Assembly: GCA_963667145.1 (NCBI GenBank)
Contig: OY762943.1
Location: forward strand, 49,576 to 113,575
Reading direction: 5' to 3'
DNA length: 64,000 nt
Source: Candidatus Cloacimonadota bacterium
GTDB taxonomy: Bacteria; Cloacimonadota; Cloacimonadia; G963667145
Shown here one piece after another: positions 27,141 through 38,084 of this stretch (its first letter is position 1; each line of letters opens with the position of its first letter). A program made the translations under genes and the position numbers. The notes below the pieces were generated by a model. It was not told the origin of the DNA, did no database searches, and saw nothing but the letters and a program-made list of their open reading frames with translations.

Positions 27141-28511
27141 ATGAGCAAATTGATGGTGAGCGTGTCGGGGATGCGTGGAATCTATGGTAAAGATCTTTTA
27201 CCGGAAAATGTTGTTAAAGTTGCTGCTAAATTCGGACTGAACCAAGGTGGTGGCAGAATTGTGGTGGGGAGAGACAGTCGAACTACTGGAATGGCGATGC
27301 TACACAGTGTCAAAGCTGGACTTTTGAGCGTTGGTTGCACGGTGGTGGATATTGGTGTTGTTCCCACTCCAACGGCTCTACTCAAGGTGGAACATTCTGA
27401 CGCCAACGGTGGAATAGTTATCACAGCCAGTCACAATCCGTCGCAGTGGAACGCTATGAAATTCGTGGATAGCAACGGCTTGTTTTTGTATCCTGATAAA
27501 GCCCAAAAATTCATCGCTTCCTTGGACGAACCTTTGGAGTATTCCGCGTGGAATAAAATGGGTTCGGAAGAGGTTGACGAGAACGCTGTGGAAGAGCATT
27601 TGGAGAAAATCTTAAACCTTTCGTTTCTCAATGTAGATTTGATTCGAGAGAAAAGATTTAGAGTGGCTTTGGACGCGGTGAACGGTGCAGGTGGAGAGAT
27701 TTGCTTGGAGCTGTTGAGCAGACTTGGCTGTGTGGTGGAGAGTATCAATACCGAAGCTACTGGAGTGTTTGCTCACGAGCCAGAGCCTCTCAATAAAAAT
27801 CTCAAGCAGTTGTGTGAGTTGGTGAAAGCCACTGGCGTTGATGTCGGCTTTGCCACTGACCCTGATGTGGATAGATTGGCTATCGTGGATGAAACTGGCG
27901 AATGCATTGGCGAAGAGAAGAGCTTGTTGCTGAGTGAAGATTTCATTTTGTCTCAAACCTCTGGAGATATTGTTACCAATTTGTCGTCTTCTATGGGCAG
28001 TGACGATTTGGCTGCAAAATATGGTGTTAATATTCATCGCGAGAAAGTCGGAGAAATCAACGTTGGGAGCAAGATGAAAGAGATTGGGGCTGTGGTTGGT
28101 GGTGAAGGCAACGGCGGTGTTATTTGCTCGGAGCTACACTACACCCGTGATGCTATTGTGGGAATTGCCATCGTCCTCAATTATATGGCTTCTTCTGGCA
28201 AGAAAATGTCGGAACTGAGTGCTGAGTTGCCAACATACTATTTTGCCAAAAAGAAAGTTGAGACCGAGTTTGAGAAATTGGACAAGGTGATGGAATTAGC
28301 GGAAAATTTAGGCAAAGATGATAATTTTTGGGAAGGCGAAACCAAAGAGTTGGACACACGCGACGGAATAAAAATTTGTGGTGATAAAAAGTGGGTTCAT
28401 ATTCGCAAGAGTGGCACAGAGCCGATAGTCAGAGTTTATGTTGAGGCGGAGACCGAGGCAAAAGCCAAAAAGATTTGCAACGAAGTTTGCACGACAATAA
28501 CAAAGTTTTAG
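27141..28511 (+). CDS. glmM: phosphohexomutase (GlmM / PMM-PGM family)
   Basis: SVSGMRG, GRDSR, ITASHNP (phospho-Ser), DPDVDR, GGEGNGG. Confidence 0.85.
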   Translation: MSKLMVSVSGMRGIYGKDLLPENVVKVAAKFGLNQGGGRIVVGRDSRTTGMAMLHSVKAGLLSVGCTVVDIGVVPTPTALLKVEHSDANGGIVITASHNPSQWNAMKFVDSNGLFLYPDKAQKFIASLDEPLEYSAWNKMGSEEVDENAVEEHLEKILNLSFLNVDLIREKRFRVALDAVNGAGGEICLELLSRLGCVVESINTEATGVFAHEPEPLNKNLKQLCELVKATGVDVGFATDPDVDRLAIVDETGECIGEEKSLLLSEDFILSQTSGDIVTNLSSSMGSDDLAAKYGVNIHREKVGEINVGSKMKEIGAVVGGEGNGGVICSELHYTRDAIVGIAIVLNYMASSGKKMSELSAELPTYYFAKKKVETEFEKLDKVMELAENLGKDDNFWEGETKELDTRDGIKICGDKKWVHIRKSGTEPIVRVYVEAETEAKAKKICNEVCTTITKF

Positions 28512-28535
28512 AAAAATTTATCTTAAGAGTAGGAA

Positions 28536-30581
28536 ATGGATTTTTTATTTGAAATAGGAACCGAAGAGATACCGGCAGGCTATATAGCCAGTGCTGTTGA
28601 CCAGTTTGTGAAGTTTTTTCAAAAAGGGCTGAATGAAGCTGAATTGTCTTTTGACGAGTTGGAAGTTTTTGATACTCCAAGAAGAATGGCGATTTTGCTC
28701 AGAGGCTTGCCCGAAGGTCAGCAAGACAAAGTGGTGGAGAAAATCGGTCCTAAAGTCGAGATTGCCTATGCGGAAGATGGCAAAAGTTTGTCCAACGCAG
28801 GTATGGGATTTTTGCGTAGTAGCGGATGCGACGAATCGCAGATTTTCATAGTTGAGGGGAAAAAGGGCAAAAACGTTGCCGTGAAGTTTGAGCAGAAAGG
28901 GAAAAAGACGAGCGAGATTTTGTCTCAACTTTGCACCGATTGTGTTTCTGGCTTCAACTATCCCAAGTCGATGAAGTGGGGAAGTGAGAGTTTTATGTTT
29001 GCCAGACCCGTTCGTTGGTTGGTGGCTTTGCTGGACAAAAAGGTTGTGGACGTAGAAATTGCAGGTGTCAAATCTGGCAAAATCACATTTTCTCATCGGG
29101 AATTTGGGGGAAAGCACGAGTTGAGTACTCCCAGCGATTATGAAGCTACTTTGTTGAGTGGGAGAGTTATTGCCGATAGAAAAAAGAGATTTGAGAATAT
29201 TTTGCAACAGTTTGCAGAGTTGGATTTGGAAGTGGTTGAGGACAACAAGCTGATGAATTTGGTTTGCGACATCGTTGAATATCCTGTGGTTATGGTGGGC
29301 GAGTTTGACGAAAAGTTTTTGGAGTTGCCAGAGAAGATTATCATCACCACACTGTGCGAGCATCAAAAGTGCTTTGCAACTCGCAAGAGCGGGAAGCTGA
29401 CGAACAGATTTGTGTTTGTTTCCAATGGCAAAAAAGAGAATAGTGAGCTTATCATTGTGGGCAATCAGAAAGTGGCTAAAGCTCGACTTTCCGATGCGAA
29501 GTTCTTTTACACGGAAGACACCAAAAAGCCGTTGTTGGACTATTATCAAGATTTGGAGCAGGTCACTTTTCAGCAAGATTTGGGGTCGCTTTTGTCCAAA
29601 GTGCAACGAGTAGAAAAGATTTGTTCGTATTTAGCGGGAAAATTGAATTTCAAAAATGCGAAAGATTTGCATTTGGCAGCACAACTATCCAAGTGTGATT
29701 TGGTGACGACCATGTTGGGCGAGAAGGAGTTCACTAAGTTGCAAGGCTATATGGGGCATCAATACGCTTTGGCTACGGGAGTTGATGCGGAAGTGGCTTT
29801 GGCGATAGAGGAGCATTATTTGCCTAAAGGCTTAGGTGGAAATTTGCCAACCACGGATTTGGGAGCTATTTTGGCGATAGCCGACAAGATAGACACGATT
29901 TGCGGAATTGTGGGAATTGGAATGTTGCCCACTGGTTCTGCTGACCCATTTGCCCTAAGGAGAGCAGCAACGGGGATTTGCAGGATTGTTTTGGACAGGG
30001 AATTTGATTTTGATTTGGCTATGTTGGTTGCGGAGAGTTTTGCTCTTCAGCCCGATTGTGTGGATAAGAAGCATATCGATTTTGTGGTGGACTATTTGAT
30101 GCAAAGAGTGAAGTATGTTTTTGGGCAAAGCGATGTGAAGGACGATTTGCTTTCGGCGTTGCTTGGCGACCAATCGGCTTTGAATTTGACTGCTATTAGC
30201 AATAAAATTGCCGTGTTGCAACCGATGTTGAGCAGGGACGATTTCTTGCAATTGGTTTTGAGTTGCAAGAGAATCGACAACATTTTGGTGTCTGCTAAGC
30301 CAGATGGCGAAGTGAACGAAGCTCTTTTGGTGGAAGAGATGGAAAAGGAATTGTACAACTCTTTTAAAAATCTGAAGTTGAATGAGATTGACGATTTTGA
30401 ACAAAAGATAGCTGAACTGATTAAATTTAGCAGTGTGATAAATAAATTCTTTGATAAAATCATGGTGAATGCCGAGGACGAGAATATTAAGAAGAATAGA
30501 TGGAATTTGCTGGCGATGATAAGAGCGGAGATTAAGGGTGTGATGGATTTTGGCAAAATTGAAACGGGAGAGTTGAAATAA
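28536..30581 (+). CDS. glyS: glycine--tRNA ligase beta subunit
   Basis: LFEIGTEEIP, TPRR, MKWG, RPVRW, ARLSDAKFF, ELQG-like KLQGYMG, DPFALRR. Confidence 0.94.
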   Translation: MDFLFEIGTEEIPAGYIASAVDQFVKFFQKGLNEAELSFDELEVFDTPRRMAILLRGLPEGQQDKVVEKIGPKVEIAYAEDGKSLSNAGMGFLRSSGCDESQIFIVEGKKGKNVAVKFEQKGKKTSEILSQLCTDCVSGFNYPKSMKWGSESFMFARPVRWLVALLDKKVVDVEIAGVKSGKITFSHREFGGKHELSTPSDYEATLLSGRVIADRKKRFENILQQFAELDLEVVEDNKLMNLVCDIVEYPVVMVGEFDEKFLELPEKIIITTLCEHQKCFATRKSGKLTNRFVFVSNGKKENSELIIVGNQKVAKARLSDAKFFYTEDTKKPLLDYYQDLEQVTFQQDLGSLLSKVQRVEKICSYLAGKLNFKNAKDLHLAAQLSKCDLVTTMLGEKEFTKLQGYMGHQYALATGVDAEVALAIEEHYLPKGLGGNLPTTDLGAILAIADKIDTICGIVGIGMLPTGSADPFALRRAATGICRIVLDREFDFDLAMLVAESFALQPDCVDKKHIDFVVDYLMQRVKYVFGQSDVKDDLLSALLGDQSALNLTAISNKIAVLQPMLSRDDFLQLVLSCKRIDNILVSAKPDGEVNEALLVEEMEKELYNSFKNLKLNEIDDFEQKIAELIKFSSVINKFFDKIMVNAEDENIKKNRWNLLAMIRAEIKGVMDFGKIETGELK

Positions 30582-30590
30582 CTGAAGAAT

Positions 30591-30944
30591 ATGACTAAAG
30601 TATCAAAAAATTTACATTTGAGGTTGTTCGAGCTTTTTGGTAATCCGAATAAGAAATCGAAAAATAGTTACAGGATAATGAGTAGCGGTGAGCGGGAATT
30701 TTTTACTGGCTCAGCTCAGTCCTACTTGTTGGATTTGCTTTACAGCTCTTTTATCGATTCTGGCACTTTCGAGACTATCATGGAAGTTTCAGGTGGATTT
30801 TACCGATTTTACAAAGAGAAAATAGAGGTTGAAAATCTGAAAAAGATTGTTGAGTCTGTGGTTTTTTCGGGCGAAGAGAGTAGCACGGATGCGAATATCA
30901 GTCTTATGGACAAAATTTATCCCGAAGAAGACGAGGTTAATTAG
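30591..30944 (+). CDS. Smg/DUF494-like protein
   Basis: RIMSSGEREFF...YLL.L...FE.IME pattern, directly upstream of topA (the usual position). Confidence 0.6.
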   Translation: MTKVSKNLHLRLFELFGNPNKKSKNSYRIMSSGEREFFTGSAQSYLLDLLYSSFIDSGTFETIMEVSGGFYRFYKEKIEVENLKKIVESVVFSGEESSTDANISLMDKIYPEEDEVN

Positions 30945-33155
30945 ATGGCGAAAAATCTTTTGATAGTAGAGTCACCGGCTAAGAGCAAAACAATTTCCAA
31001 ATTTTTGGGGAGTAGTTTTCGGATTGAATCTTCCATGGGGCACATTCGTGATTTGCCCAAGAGCAAGCTGGGTGTGGATGTGGAGAACGATTTTGAGGTC
31101 AAATACACCAACGATAGGGGAAAAGCTAAGATTACCAAAAACCTCAGGGAAGCGGCGAAAGAGGCTAAAGAGATTTATTTGGCTGCCGACCCCGATAGAG
31201 AGGGAGAGGCGATTGCTTGGCATCTGACGGAGCTTCTGAAAAAAGAGATTAAGGATAAGCCTGTTTATCGGGTGATTTTCAACGAGATAACTCACAGTGC
31301 TGTGCAGAAAGCTGTGCAAAATCCAATGGATATAAATATGCATATGGTGAACTCTCAGCAGGCACGACGAGTTTTGGATAGATTGGTTGGGTATGGGATT
31401 TCGCCATTAATTTGGCGTGTTATTTATTATGGACTGTCTGCTGGCAGGGTGCAGTCGGTTGCTTTGCGGATTATTTGCGAACGAGAGGAACTGATTAACG
31501 CTTTTGTTTCGGAAGAGTATTGGGAAATTTTCGGCTTCTTTGGCAAGGGCAAGTTTTCGCCATTCAAAGCTAAATTGGTGCAAGTTGCAGGAGAAAAAGC
31601 GGATTTTGCCAACGAAAGTCAGGTTGAAGATTTATTGAGCAAAATTTCCGACAAGAGCGTAAAAATTTCCAACATTGTGGAGAGCGAGAGGCGGAATAAT
31701 CCTTTTCCTCCGTTCATCACGTCCACTTTGCAGAGGGCAGCGTCCACTTATTTGGGATTTTCCGCCAAACGCACGATGGCTATCGCTCAGAGGCTCTACG
31801 AAGGTGTGGACTTGAAGGCACAGAGCGTCGGTTTGATTACGTATATGCGTACCGATTCCGTTAGAATGTCCGAGCAGGCTGTGCAGTCGGCGAGAGAGTT
31901 CATTGTGGAGAAATTTGGGAAAAATTCACTTGAGGCGAAACCACGCCACTTCAAAGCAAAAAAGGGAGCACAAGATGCTCACGAGGCTATCAGACCGACG
32001 GACGTTACCAAAACTCCCGAGAGTATCAAAGATTTTTTAACTTCCGAGCAGTTCAAACTTTATGAGCTCATTTGGCAGAGGTTTGTGGCAACACAGATGA
32101 AACCTGCTGTACTGAAATCTAAGAAGGTTGAAATCGAAAAGGGCGATGCTTTGTTTGAGGCTCAGGGCAGCCATGTCGTTGACCCCGGATTTACTGTTTG
32201 CTATAGATTTACCAAATTGTCGCTGGGAGAGAATATCGATTCTGGCTATGCTGTCGGCGATGTAATGGATGTTGAGGAGATTGTGCCTGAGCAGAAGTTC
32301 ACCAATCCGCCTGCACGCTACACGGAGAGTTCGCTCATCAAGGAGTTGGAAAGCAATGGCATCGGCAGACCTTCCACGTATGCAAGTATTTTGTCCACCA
32401 TTCAGGACAGAGGCTATGTGGAGCTACAGGAGAAGAAATTTTACGCTTTGGAGCTGGGACTTGCAGTGAATAACTTTTTGGTAGGCAGTTTCGATTCTTT
32501 TTTCAACACGGAGTTCACTTCTGCTATGGAGAACGATTTGGACGAGATAAGCAATGGCAAGTTGGACTGGAAAAAATTCTTGCGGACTTATTATGATGCC
32601 ATGTGTGCCTTGATGAAGAAGGTGAATGTCACGAAAGCCAAAGCAAATTTGGTGAAGCCAACGAAAACTAAATGTCCCGAATGTGGCAAGAAGTTGGTTA
32701 TCAAGTGGGGACGTAACGGACAATTTTTGACGTGTAGCAACTATCCTTCCTGCAAATTCTCGGCTAATTTCAGCAAAGATTCCAAAGGGGAAATTGTCAT
32801 TGAGAAAGAGAAAGTGTTGGACGATGCTTGTCCTGAATGTGGGAGTAAATTGACTATCAAGAAAGGACGTTTTGGAGAATTTGTGGCTTGTACGGGTTAT
32901 CCTAAGTGTAAATTTTCCAAGCCGTTGACTTTGGGCGTGAAGTGCCCCGAATGTGGCGTTGGAGAGATTGCCCAGAAGATGAGCAAAAAGGGCATTTTTT
33001 ATGCGTGTACCCAATATCCCAAGTGCAAATTTGCCACGAGCTACAAGCCTGTTCCAGTTAATTGTCCTGAATGTGGGAATCACTACATGGAGATAAAAAC
33101 GAAAAAAGGTAAAGAAATAAAAATCTGTCCCAAGTGCGGACAAGAAATAATGTAA
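30945..33155 (+). CDS. topA: DNA topoisomerase I
   Basis: LLIVESPAK, GHIRDLP, DPDREGE, SAGRVQS, ITYMRTDS, C-terminal zinc ribbons. Confidence 0.97.
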   Translation: MAKNLLIVESPAKSKTISKFLGSSFRIESSMGHIRDLPKSKLGVDVENDFEVKYTNDRGKAKITKNLREAAKEAKEIYLAADPDREGEAIAWHLTELLKKEIKDKPVYRVIFNEITHSAVQKAVQNPMDINMHMVNSQQARRVLDRLVGYGISPLIWRVIYYGLSAGRVQSVALRIICEREELINAFVSEEYWEIFGFFGKGKFSPFKAKLVQVAGEKADFANESQVEDLLSKISDKSVKISNIVESERRNNPFPPFITSTLQRAASTYLGFSAKRTMAIAQRLYEGVDLKAQSVGLITYMRTDSVRMSEQAVQSAREFIVEKFGKNSLEAKPRHFKAKKGAQDAHEAIRPTDVTKTPESIKDFLTSEQFKLYELIWQRFVATQMKPAVLKSKKVEIEKGDALFEAQGSHVVDPGFTVCYRFTKLSLGENIDSGYAVGDVMDVEEIVPEQKFTNPPARYTESSLIKELESNGIGRPSTYASILSTIQDRGYVELQEKKFYALELGLAVNNFLVGSFDSFFNTEFTSAMENDLDEISNGKLDWKKFLRTYYDAMCALMKKVNVTKAKANLVKPTKTKCPECGKKLVIKWGRNGQFLTCSNYPSCKFSANFSKDSKGEIVIEKEKVLDDACPECGSKLTIKKGRFGEFVACTGYPKCKFSKPLTLGVKCPECGVGEIAQKMSKKGIFYACTQYPKCKFATSYKPVPVNCPECGNHYMEIKTKKGKEIKICPKCGQEIM

Positions 33156-33181
33156 AAAAATTTGTACAAGGAGAGCCACTT

Positions 33182-34909
33182 ATGTCTAGTAAATCGAGTT
33201 TGGAATTTTACGGTTCAATTAGTGAAATTTCGCCAGTAAGAGCAGTAGTTGAGACCCTATTGCACTCTAAAAGGGTAAGAAAAGTAACCGCTGCTGAAGC
33301 CTATGAGTTAGCTCGCAAACAATCCAGTGTAGATGAAACGGATTTGGAAATTTATGAAGGAACAGCCAAGCGGTTGGGACTTCCCAAAGGAGCAAAAGTT
33401 TTGGTGGACAACCACGGGAAAATCATCGGGAGAACTGCCAAAGCGAGAAGATTTTACGGTACTAGCTCTGCTACTGACAAAAAAAAGTTGGACGGAGACT
33501 TGAGAGAAGCCGTCTATCAGATGCAAAAGCAACCTCTGATAAAAGCAGATGCCATCATCGGGCTCGATAGCGATTTGATGATTAAAGCGACCTACATCAC
33601 TACCGAATCTGATGCCAACAACGTTTTCAACTGGCTTTGCAATTTCACGCCGTTTGAGTCTATGGCTAAGGAATACGCCGCCAGCAAAAAGTTGCCAATT
33701 CAGGATATTATCATTTTGGCTTTCAACGAGTGGTCAAACAGCGATCCGTTCTACGAAAACACAGGTGCTCCTCAGTTGGCTTTGGTTGACCAAAATCACA
33801 ACGTGATTGTGAACTTGGGTATGCGTTATTTTGGTGAGCGGAAAAAAGGCACTTTGACATTGGCTTGGACAAGCGGTATGCGTCTTGGAATGGCTGCCAG
33901 TCACGGTGGCATCAAGGAAATAGATTTCTCAGAATGCGGTGAGGATTACAAAAAATTGGGTAAAAGGGCGATAGCTTTTTACGGATTGTCTGGCACAGGA
34001 AAATCTTCGCACACCAACTCTGCCGACAACGGTGGCACAATGCCCAAAGGCTTCAAAAAAGTTGTGTTGCATGATGATGCTTTCCAAATCGACGTTGAAA
34101 ACAAAGTTTGTCGTGTTTGGGAGCCAAGTTTATTTGACAAAACCGATGCCAGAGATTTGGACAATTCAGAATGGAAATATCTGACCGCTGTGATGAACCA
34201 CGCTATGATTACCTACAAGGGGAAAGTCGTTCCTCTTGGCTTGGATGCTCGTCAGCAAAACGGACGTGCTTTGTTCGATCGCGATTTGCTTGGTAAGTGG
34301 GTGAATAGATGCGAATTTCCGAACTCCCTTGTTTGGCTGATGAAAGATACGATTTTGCCTCCAGTAATCAAAGTCACCGACAAATATCTCGGAGTTGCCA
34401 TGGGTGCTGCCCTTATGACCGAGAGAAACGCAGCCGAGAACGTGAAAGCCGAAGATTTGGGCAAATTGGTCTTCGTGCCTTATGCCAATCCTTTCAGAGT
34501 TTACGAGCTTCACAAAGATGTGGAGGCTTTCAAGAGAGTGATAGATAACGGTGCGGATTGCTTCGTTTTCAATTCGGCAGGATTTTGGAAAAGCTCAGCG
34601 GAAGATTTGGAGGACATTAAACTTCAAACCTCTTTGTCGTTGCAGACCGCTATTCTCACCGACGCTTTGGAATGGGAAGAGTGGGATGTGCTTCCTGGAG
34701 CGATGATACCGACTAAGGCTTCTATCGATAAGATTTTGCCAGGTTATTATGAGAAATATAACCCTGATACACGCGAGAATATGAAAGAGTATCATACTGT
34801 TATCAGGAGCAGATTCCGTCAGAGAATCGATTTCTTGGAAAGTTCTGATGTAGCCGATAAACCTGAGCTTTTGGATGAACTTATTGCGTCACTTAAGGTG
34901 AATTGTTAA
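33182..34909 (+). CDS. pckA: phosphoenolpyruvate carboxykinase (ATP-type family)
   Basis: YFGERKKG, GLSGTGKS P-loop and LHDD metal motif. ATG 33182 follows GGAG. Confidence 0.82.
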   Translation: MSSKSSLEFYGSISEISPVRAVVETLLHSKRVRKVTAAEAYELARKQSSVDETDLEIYEGTAKRLGLPKGAKVLVDNHGKIIGRTAKARRFYGTSSATDKKKLDGDLREAVYQMQKQPLIKADAIIGLDSDLMIKATYITTESDANNVFNWLCNFTPFESMAKEYAASKKLPIQDIIILAFNEWSNSDPFYENTGAPQLALVDQNHNVIVNLGMRYFGERKKGTLTLAWTSGMRLGMAASHGGIKEIDFSECGEDYKKLGKRAIAFYGLSGTGKSSHTNSADNGGTMPKGFKKVVLHDDAFQIDVENKVCRVWEPSLFDKTDARDLDNSEWKYLTAVMNHAMITYKGKVVPLGLDARQQNGRALFDRDLLGKWVNRCEFPNSLVWLMKDTILPPVIKVTDKYLGVAMGAALMTERNAAENVKAEDLGKLVFVPYANPFRVYELHKDVEAFKRVIDNGADCFVFNSAGFWKSSAEDLEDIKLQTSLSLQTAILTDALEWEEWDVLPGAMIPTKASIDKILPGYYEKYNPDTRENMKEYHTVIRSRFRQRIDFLESSDVADKPELLDELIASLKVNC

Positions 34910-34927
34910 TTAATAGTTGATTTAGTG

Positions 34928-34957
34928 AAAGGCGACTTTTTTTAAAGTCGCCTTTTT
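34928..34957 (+). terminator. intrinsic terminator
   Basis: AAAGGCGACTTT-tttt-AAAGTCGCCTTTTT. Confidence 0.8.
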
Positions 34958-35248
34958 ATATTTAGATGATAAAATGGATAACCATTTATACGGACAGATG
35001 GTGGAATTGTGTAGGTTAGCCCAAGTATTTTTCATCTTTGCAAACGTGAAAATCCACGTGGTAATAGGCATTATTTAGGTTCAAAAAAATAATCAAAAAT
35101 TATTTCTTGTCAAAATTTGGCTCGATCCCAAGAATGACAAACACAGTGTCCTGTGGTTTTTAATAAGAAAATAATCAAACAATAATGTAAATCTACTTTG
35201 TTATACGAGTAGTAACAAGGTGGCTTTTTATTTTTTAGGAGGTAGAAA

Positions 35249-37957
35249 ATGGATAAATTAGTGTATTCATTCGGCGATTCGCACGCTGATGGTGATGCCG
35301 GAATGAAAAATCTTTTGGGAGGCAAAGGTGCTAACGTTGCACAAATGTGCAAACTTGGTATTCCTGTACCACCGGGATTTACGATTACTACAGAGGTATG
35401 TAATTATTATACAAAAAATGACAATCAATATCCGCAAAACTTGGATAAAGAAGTCAAAGATGCTGTAGCCAAAATGGAAAACGAGATGAACTTGAAGTTT
35501 GGTGATGCTGCCAATCCTTTGCTTGTTTCCGTGCGTTCAGGAGCCAGAGTTTCCATGCCTGGTATGATGGACACGGTGCTTAATCTTGGCTTGAACGATG
35601 AGATTGTGCAAGGCTTGATAGCTAAGTCTGGCAACGAAAAATTTGCTTGGGACACCTATCGTCGCTTTATTCAAATGTATGCAGGTGTAGTGATGAGTGT
35701 GGAAGCTGCCAGCTGGGACGAGCACGACCCGTTTGAAGTGGAAATCGACAAGATAAAAGCAGAAAACGGTGTTCAAGACGATGTGGATTTGGATGCTTCG
35801 GCTTTGCAAAAACTTGTGGAGAAGTTCAAGCAAGTGGTGAAAGATAAAGCAGGCAGAGAGTTTCCGCAAGACCCATATGAGCAACTTTGGGGTGCTATCA
35901 ATGCTGTGTTTGGTTCTTGGAACAATCAAAGAGCCATCACTTATCGTAAATTGAACAAAATTCCTGAAGATTGGGGAACAGCTGTAAACGTGATGGCGAT
36001 GGTTTACGGAAATATGGGCGAAGATTGTGCAACTGGTGTTGCTTTCACCCGTGACCCTGCTACTGGAGAAAAGCACTTCTTTGGAGAATTTTTGATAAAC
36101 GCTCAGGGCGAAGATGTGGTTGCCGGAGTGAGAACTCCAGGACAAGTTACTCAAAAAGATTCTCAATCTTGGGCAAAAGAGCATGGAGTTAGCGAGGAAG
36201 AAAGACAAGCCAAGTATTTGTCGCTGGAAGAAAAAATGCCTAAGGCTTATGCTCATTTGGTGAAGGTGTACAAGAATTTGGAAAATCACTATAAAGATAT
36301 GCAGGATATCGAATTCACTATCCAGCAAAATAAACTTTTTATGTTGCAAACTCGTAATGGCAAAAGAACTGCGGCTGCGGCTCTGAAGATTGCCGTGGAT
36401 ATGGTTGACGAAGGTTTGATTGATGAAAAAACAGCTCTTTTGCGTGTAGATGCTGGTTCTCTCGACCAATTGTTGCATCCTAATTTTGATACCTCTGCCA
36501 AGAATAAGCCAATCGCTAAAGGTTTGGCTGCCTCTCCAGGAGCTGCTGTGGGAATGGCTGTGTTCAGTGCAGATGAAGCCGAAAAAAGAGCTAACGATGG
36601 TCAACAAGTTATTCTTGTCAGAGTGGAAACTTCTCCTGAGGACATCAACGGAATGGCTGCTGCTCAAGGGATTTTGACTTCTCGTGGTGGCAAAACTTCT
36701 CACGCTGCTGTGGTTGCTCGTGGTATGGGAAAATGCTGTGTGGCAGGTTGCGGAGAGTTGGCTATTGATTACAAAAAAAGGCTTTTTAGCGTAGGCGATG
36801 TTACCGTGAAAGAGGGCGAATGGCTTTCTTTGGACGGTTCTACGGGTGAGATTTTTGTTGGTCAGTTATCATTGGTTGAGCCGGAATTGAAGAGCGATTT
36901 CCACAAATTGATGGAGTGGGCAAGCAAGGTAAGCAAAATGCAGGTTCGCACCAATGCCGATACTCCTGCCGATGCTCAAAAAGCCAGAGAGTTTGGTGCA
37001 GTGGGAATTGGTTTGTGCAGAACGGAGCATATGTTTTTTGACCCACAAAGAATTAAGTCTATGCGTAAGATGATTTTGGCGAACAACACTGCCGAGCGTG
37101 AAGTTGCTTTGGCTGAGCTTTTGCCCTATCAAAGAGACGACTTCTACGGAATTTTGAAAGCTATGCAAGGGCTTCCTGTGACGATTAGACTTTTAGACCC
37201 ACCTTTGCACGAGTTTTTGCCGATGGACGACGAAAATCAAGGCGAACTTGCAAAGGAGCTTGGAATTAGTTTGGAGCAAATCAAAACTAAGGTGAACGCT
37301 TTGCACGAGGTTAACCCAATGCTTGGGCACAGAGGCTGTCGTTTGGGCATCACTTATCCCGAAATCACCAAAATGCAGGTGCGAGCCATTATGGAAGCTG
37401 CTTGCCAGTTGACCAAGGAAGGCGTGGATGTTCATCCTGAGATTATGATACCGCTGATTGGCAAGAGTGAGGAGTTTATCGACCAAAAGCAAGTTGCCAT
37501 GGAAGTGGTGGAGAAGGTTTTGCAGGAGACAGGACAATCTCCGAAATACGAAATTGGGACGATGATAGAGATTCCGAGAGCTGCTCTTACCGCTGATTTG
37601 ATTGCTAAAGATGCTGAGTTCTTCTCATTCGGAACAAACGACTTGACTCAAATGTGTTTCGGCTATTCCAGAGACGACATCGGAACTTTCTTGCCGGAAT
37701 ATTTGGACAAGAAAATCTTGAAAGTTGACCCATTCCAAAGCATTGACCAAGAAGGTGTTGGGCAACTCGTGAAGTATGGTGTGGAGAGAGGACGATCAGT
37801 AAAGCCTAATTTGTCTGTGGGAATTTGTGGTGAGCATGGTGGAGACCCTGATTCCGTGAAATTCTGCTACAAAGTTGGAATGAACTATGTGAGTTGTTCT
37901 CCATATAGAGTGCCGATTGCTCGTTTGGCGGCTGCACAAGCGTCGCTTGAGGATTAG
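35249..37957 (+). CDS. ppdK: pyruvate, phosphate dikinase
   Basis: LGGKGAN, SVRSGA, GGKTSHAAVVARG (phospho-His), GLCRTEHMF, FSFGTNDLTQ, GICGEHGG. Confidence 0.98.
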   Translation: MDKLVYSFGDSHADGDAGMKNLLGGKGANVAQMCKLGIPVPPGFTITTEVCNYYTKNDNQYPQNLDKEVKDAVAKMENEMNLKFGDAANPLLVSVRSGARVSMPGMMDTVLNLGLNDEIVQGLIAKSGNEKFAWDTYRRFIQMYAGVVMSVEAASWDEHDPFEVEIDKIKAENGVQDDVDLDASALQKLVEKFKQVVKDKAGREFPQDPYEQLWGAINAVFGSWNNQRAITYRKLNKIPEDWGTAVNVMAMVYGNMGEDCATGVAFTRDPATGEKHFFGEFLINAQGEDVVAGVRTPGQVTQKDSQSWAKEHGVSEEERQAKYLSLEEKMPKAYAHLVKVYKNLENHYKDMQDIEFTIQQNKLFMLQTRNGKRTAAAALKIAVDMVDEGLIDEKTALLRVDAGSLDQLLHPNFDTSAKNKPIAKGLAASPGAAVGMAVFSADEAEKRANDGQQVILVRVETSPEDINGMAAAQGILTSRGGKTSHAAVVARGMGKCCVAGCGELAIDYKKRLFSVGDVTVKEGEWLSLDGSTGEIFVGQLSLVEPELKSDFHKLMEWASKVSKMQVRTNADTPADAQKAREFGAVGIGLCRTEHMFFDPQRIKSMRKMILANNTAEREVALAELLPYQRDDFYGILKAMQGLPVTIRLLDPPLHEFLPMDDENQGELAKELGISLEQIKTKVNALHEVNPMLGHRGCRLGITYPEITKMQVRAIMEAACQLTKEGVDVHPEIMIPLIGKSEEFIDQKQVAMEVVEKVLQETGQSPKYEIGTMIEIPRAALTADLIAKDAEFFSFGTNDLTQMCFGYSRDDIGTFLPEYLDKKILKVDPFQSIDQEGVGQLVKYGVERGRSVKPNLSVGICGEHGGDPDSVKFCYKVGMNYVSCSPYRVPIARLAAAQASLED

Positions 37958-37976
37958 TAAAAAAGTATAATAAAAG

Positions 37977-38005
37977 AAAGTGAGCCTGAAAAGGCTCACT
38001 TTTTT
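37977..38005 (+). terminator. intrinsic terminator
   Basis: AAAGTGAGCCT-gaaa-AGGCTCACTTTTTT. Confidence 0.85.
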
Positions 38006-38084
38006 GTTTAGTAAGGATTTTTTACAATTTTCATTAGTAATTAGAATATTCTCTTACAGAGAGCCTCAATTTTACTTTTTTTAT

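Noticed and set aside
34974-35078. 34-codon ORF between pckA and ppdK
   Set aside because: No RBS and no motif; it lies just past a terminator.
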